Part shown: positions 63,812 to 64,000 of the stretch, piece by piece
Numbering within the stretch: position 1 is the stretch's first letter
Layout of the letters: each line of letters opens with the position of its first letter
Assembly (NCBI GenBank): GCA_964016885.1
Contig: OZ024761.1
Coordinates: 7,626,001-7,690,000, forward strand
Source of the DNA: Eledone cirrhosa
Taxonomy: Eukaryota
Direction: 5' to 3'
DNA: 64,000 nucleotides
Program-made: the position numbers and the translations under genes
Notes under the pieces: model-generated
The model's input: the letters and a program-made list of their open reading frames with translations, nothing else
What the model was told of the DNA's origin: nothing
Database searches by the model: none

Positions 63812-64000
63812 TATCAAACTGACTGACTGACAGCTAAACTGACCGACTGACAGCTAAACTGACCGACTGACAGCTAAACTGACCGACTGACAGCTAAACT
63901 GACCGACTGACAGCTAAACTGACCGACTGACAGCTAAACTGACTGACTGACAGCTAAACTGACTGACTGACAGCTAAACTGACCGACTTACAGCTAAACT
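63812..64000. repeat. 20-bp tandem repeat in the presumed NCBP3 3' UTR
   Basis: Unit gactgacagctaaactgac(c/t), running off the window end. Confidence 0.9.

Overview
Eukaryotic, AT-rich, repeat-dense animal DNA. The (ATG)n-tailed RTE LINEs, tRNA-derived SINEs and abundant (TA)n suggest an octopus or other coleoid cephalopod, which is an inference. The window holds one complete 12-exon + strand gene, NCBP3 (nuclear cap-binding protein subunit 3). I reconstructed it by hand from ATG 17618 to TGA 63787 (1908 nt, 635 aa; all introns GT-AG with consistent phases). A probable last exon of an upstream gene lies at 368-563. The rest is RTE, CR1, RTEX-like and CRE-like LINE remnants, two SINE families, Helitrons, piggyBac-, pogo- and Merlin-type MITEs, and several minisatellites born inside transposons. 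The main hidden signal is a set of ORF-less elements embedded in (TA)n tracts, most of them fold-backs, carrying type I hammerhead ribozyme motifs (CUGANGA-stem II-GAAA-short stem III-UH) with covarying stems. They resemble Penelope-like element termini, and typically only one arm carries an intact core. Most ORFs in the supplied track are artefacts of simple repeats. Repeat boundaries are approximate.
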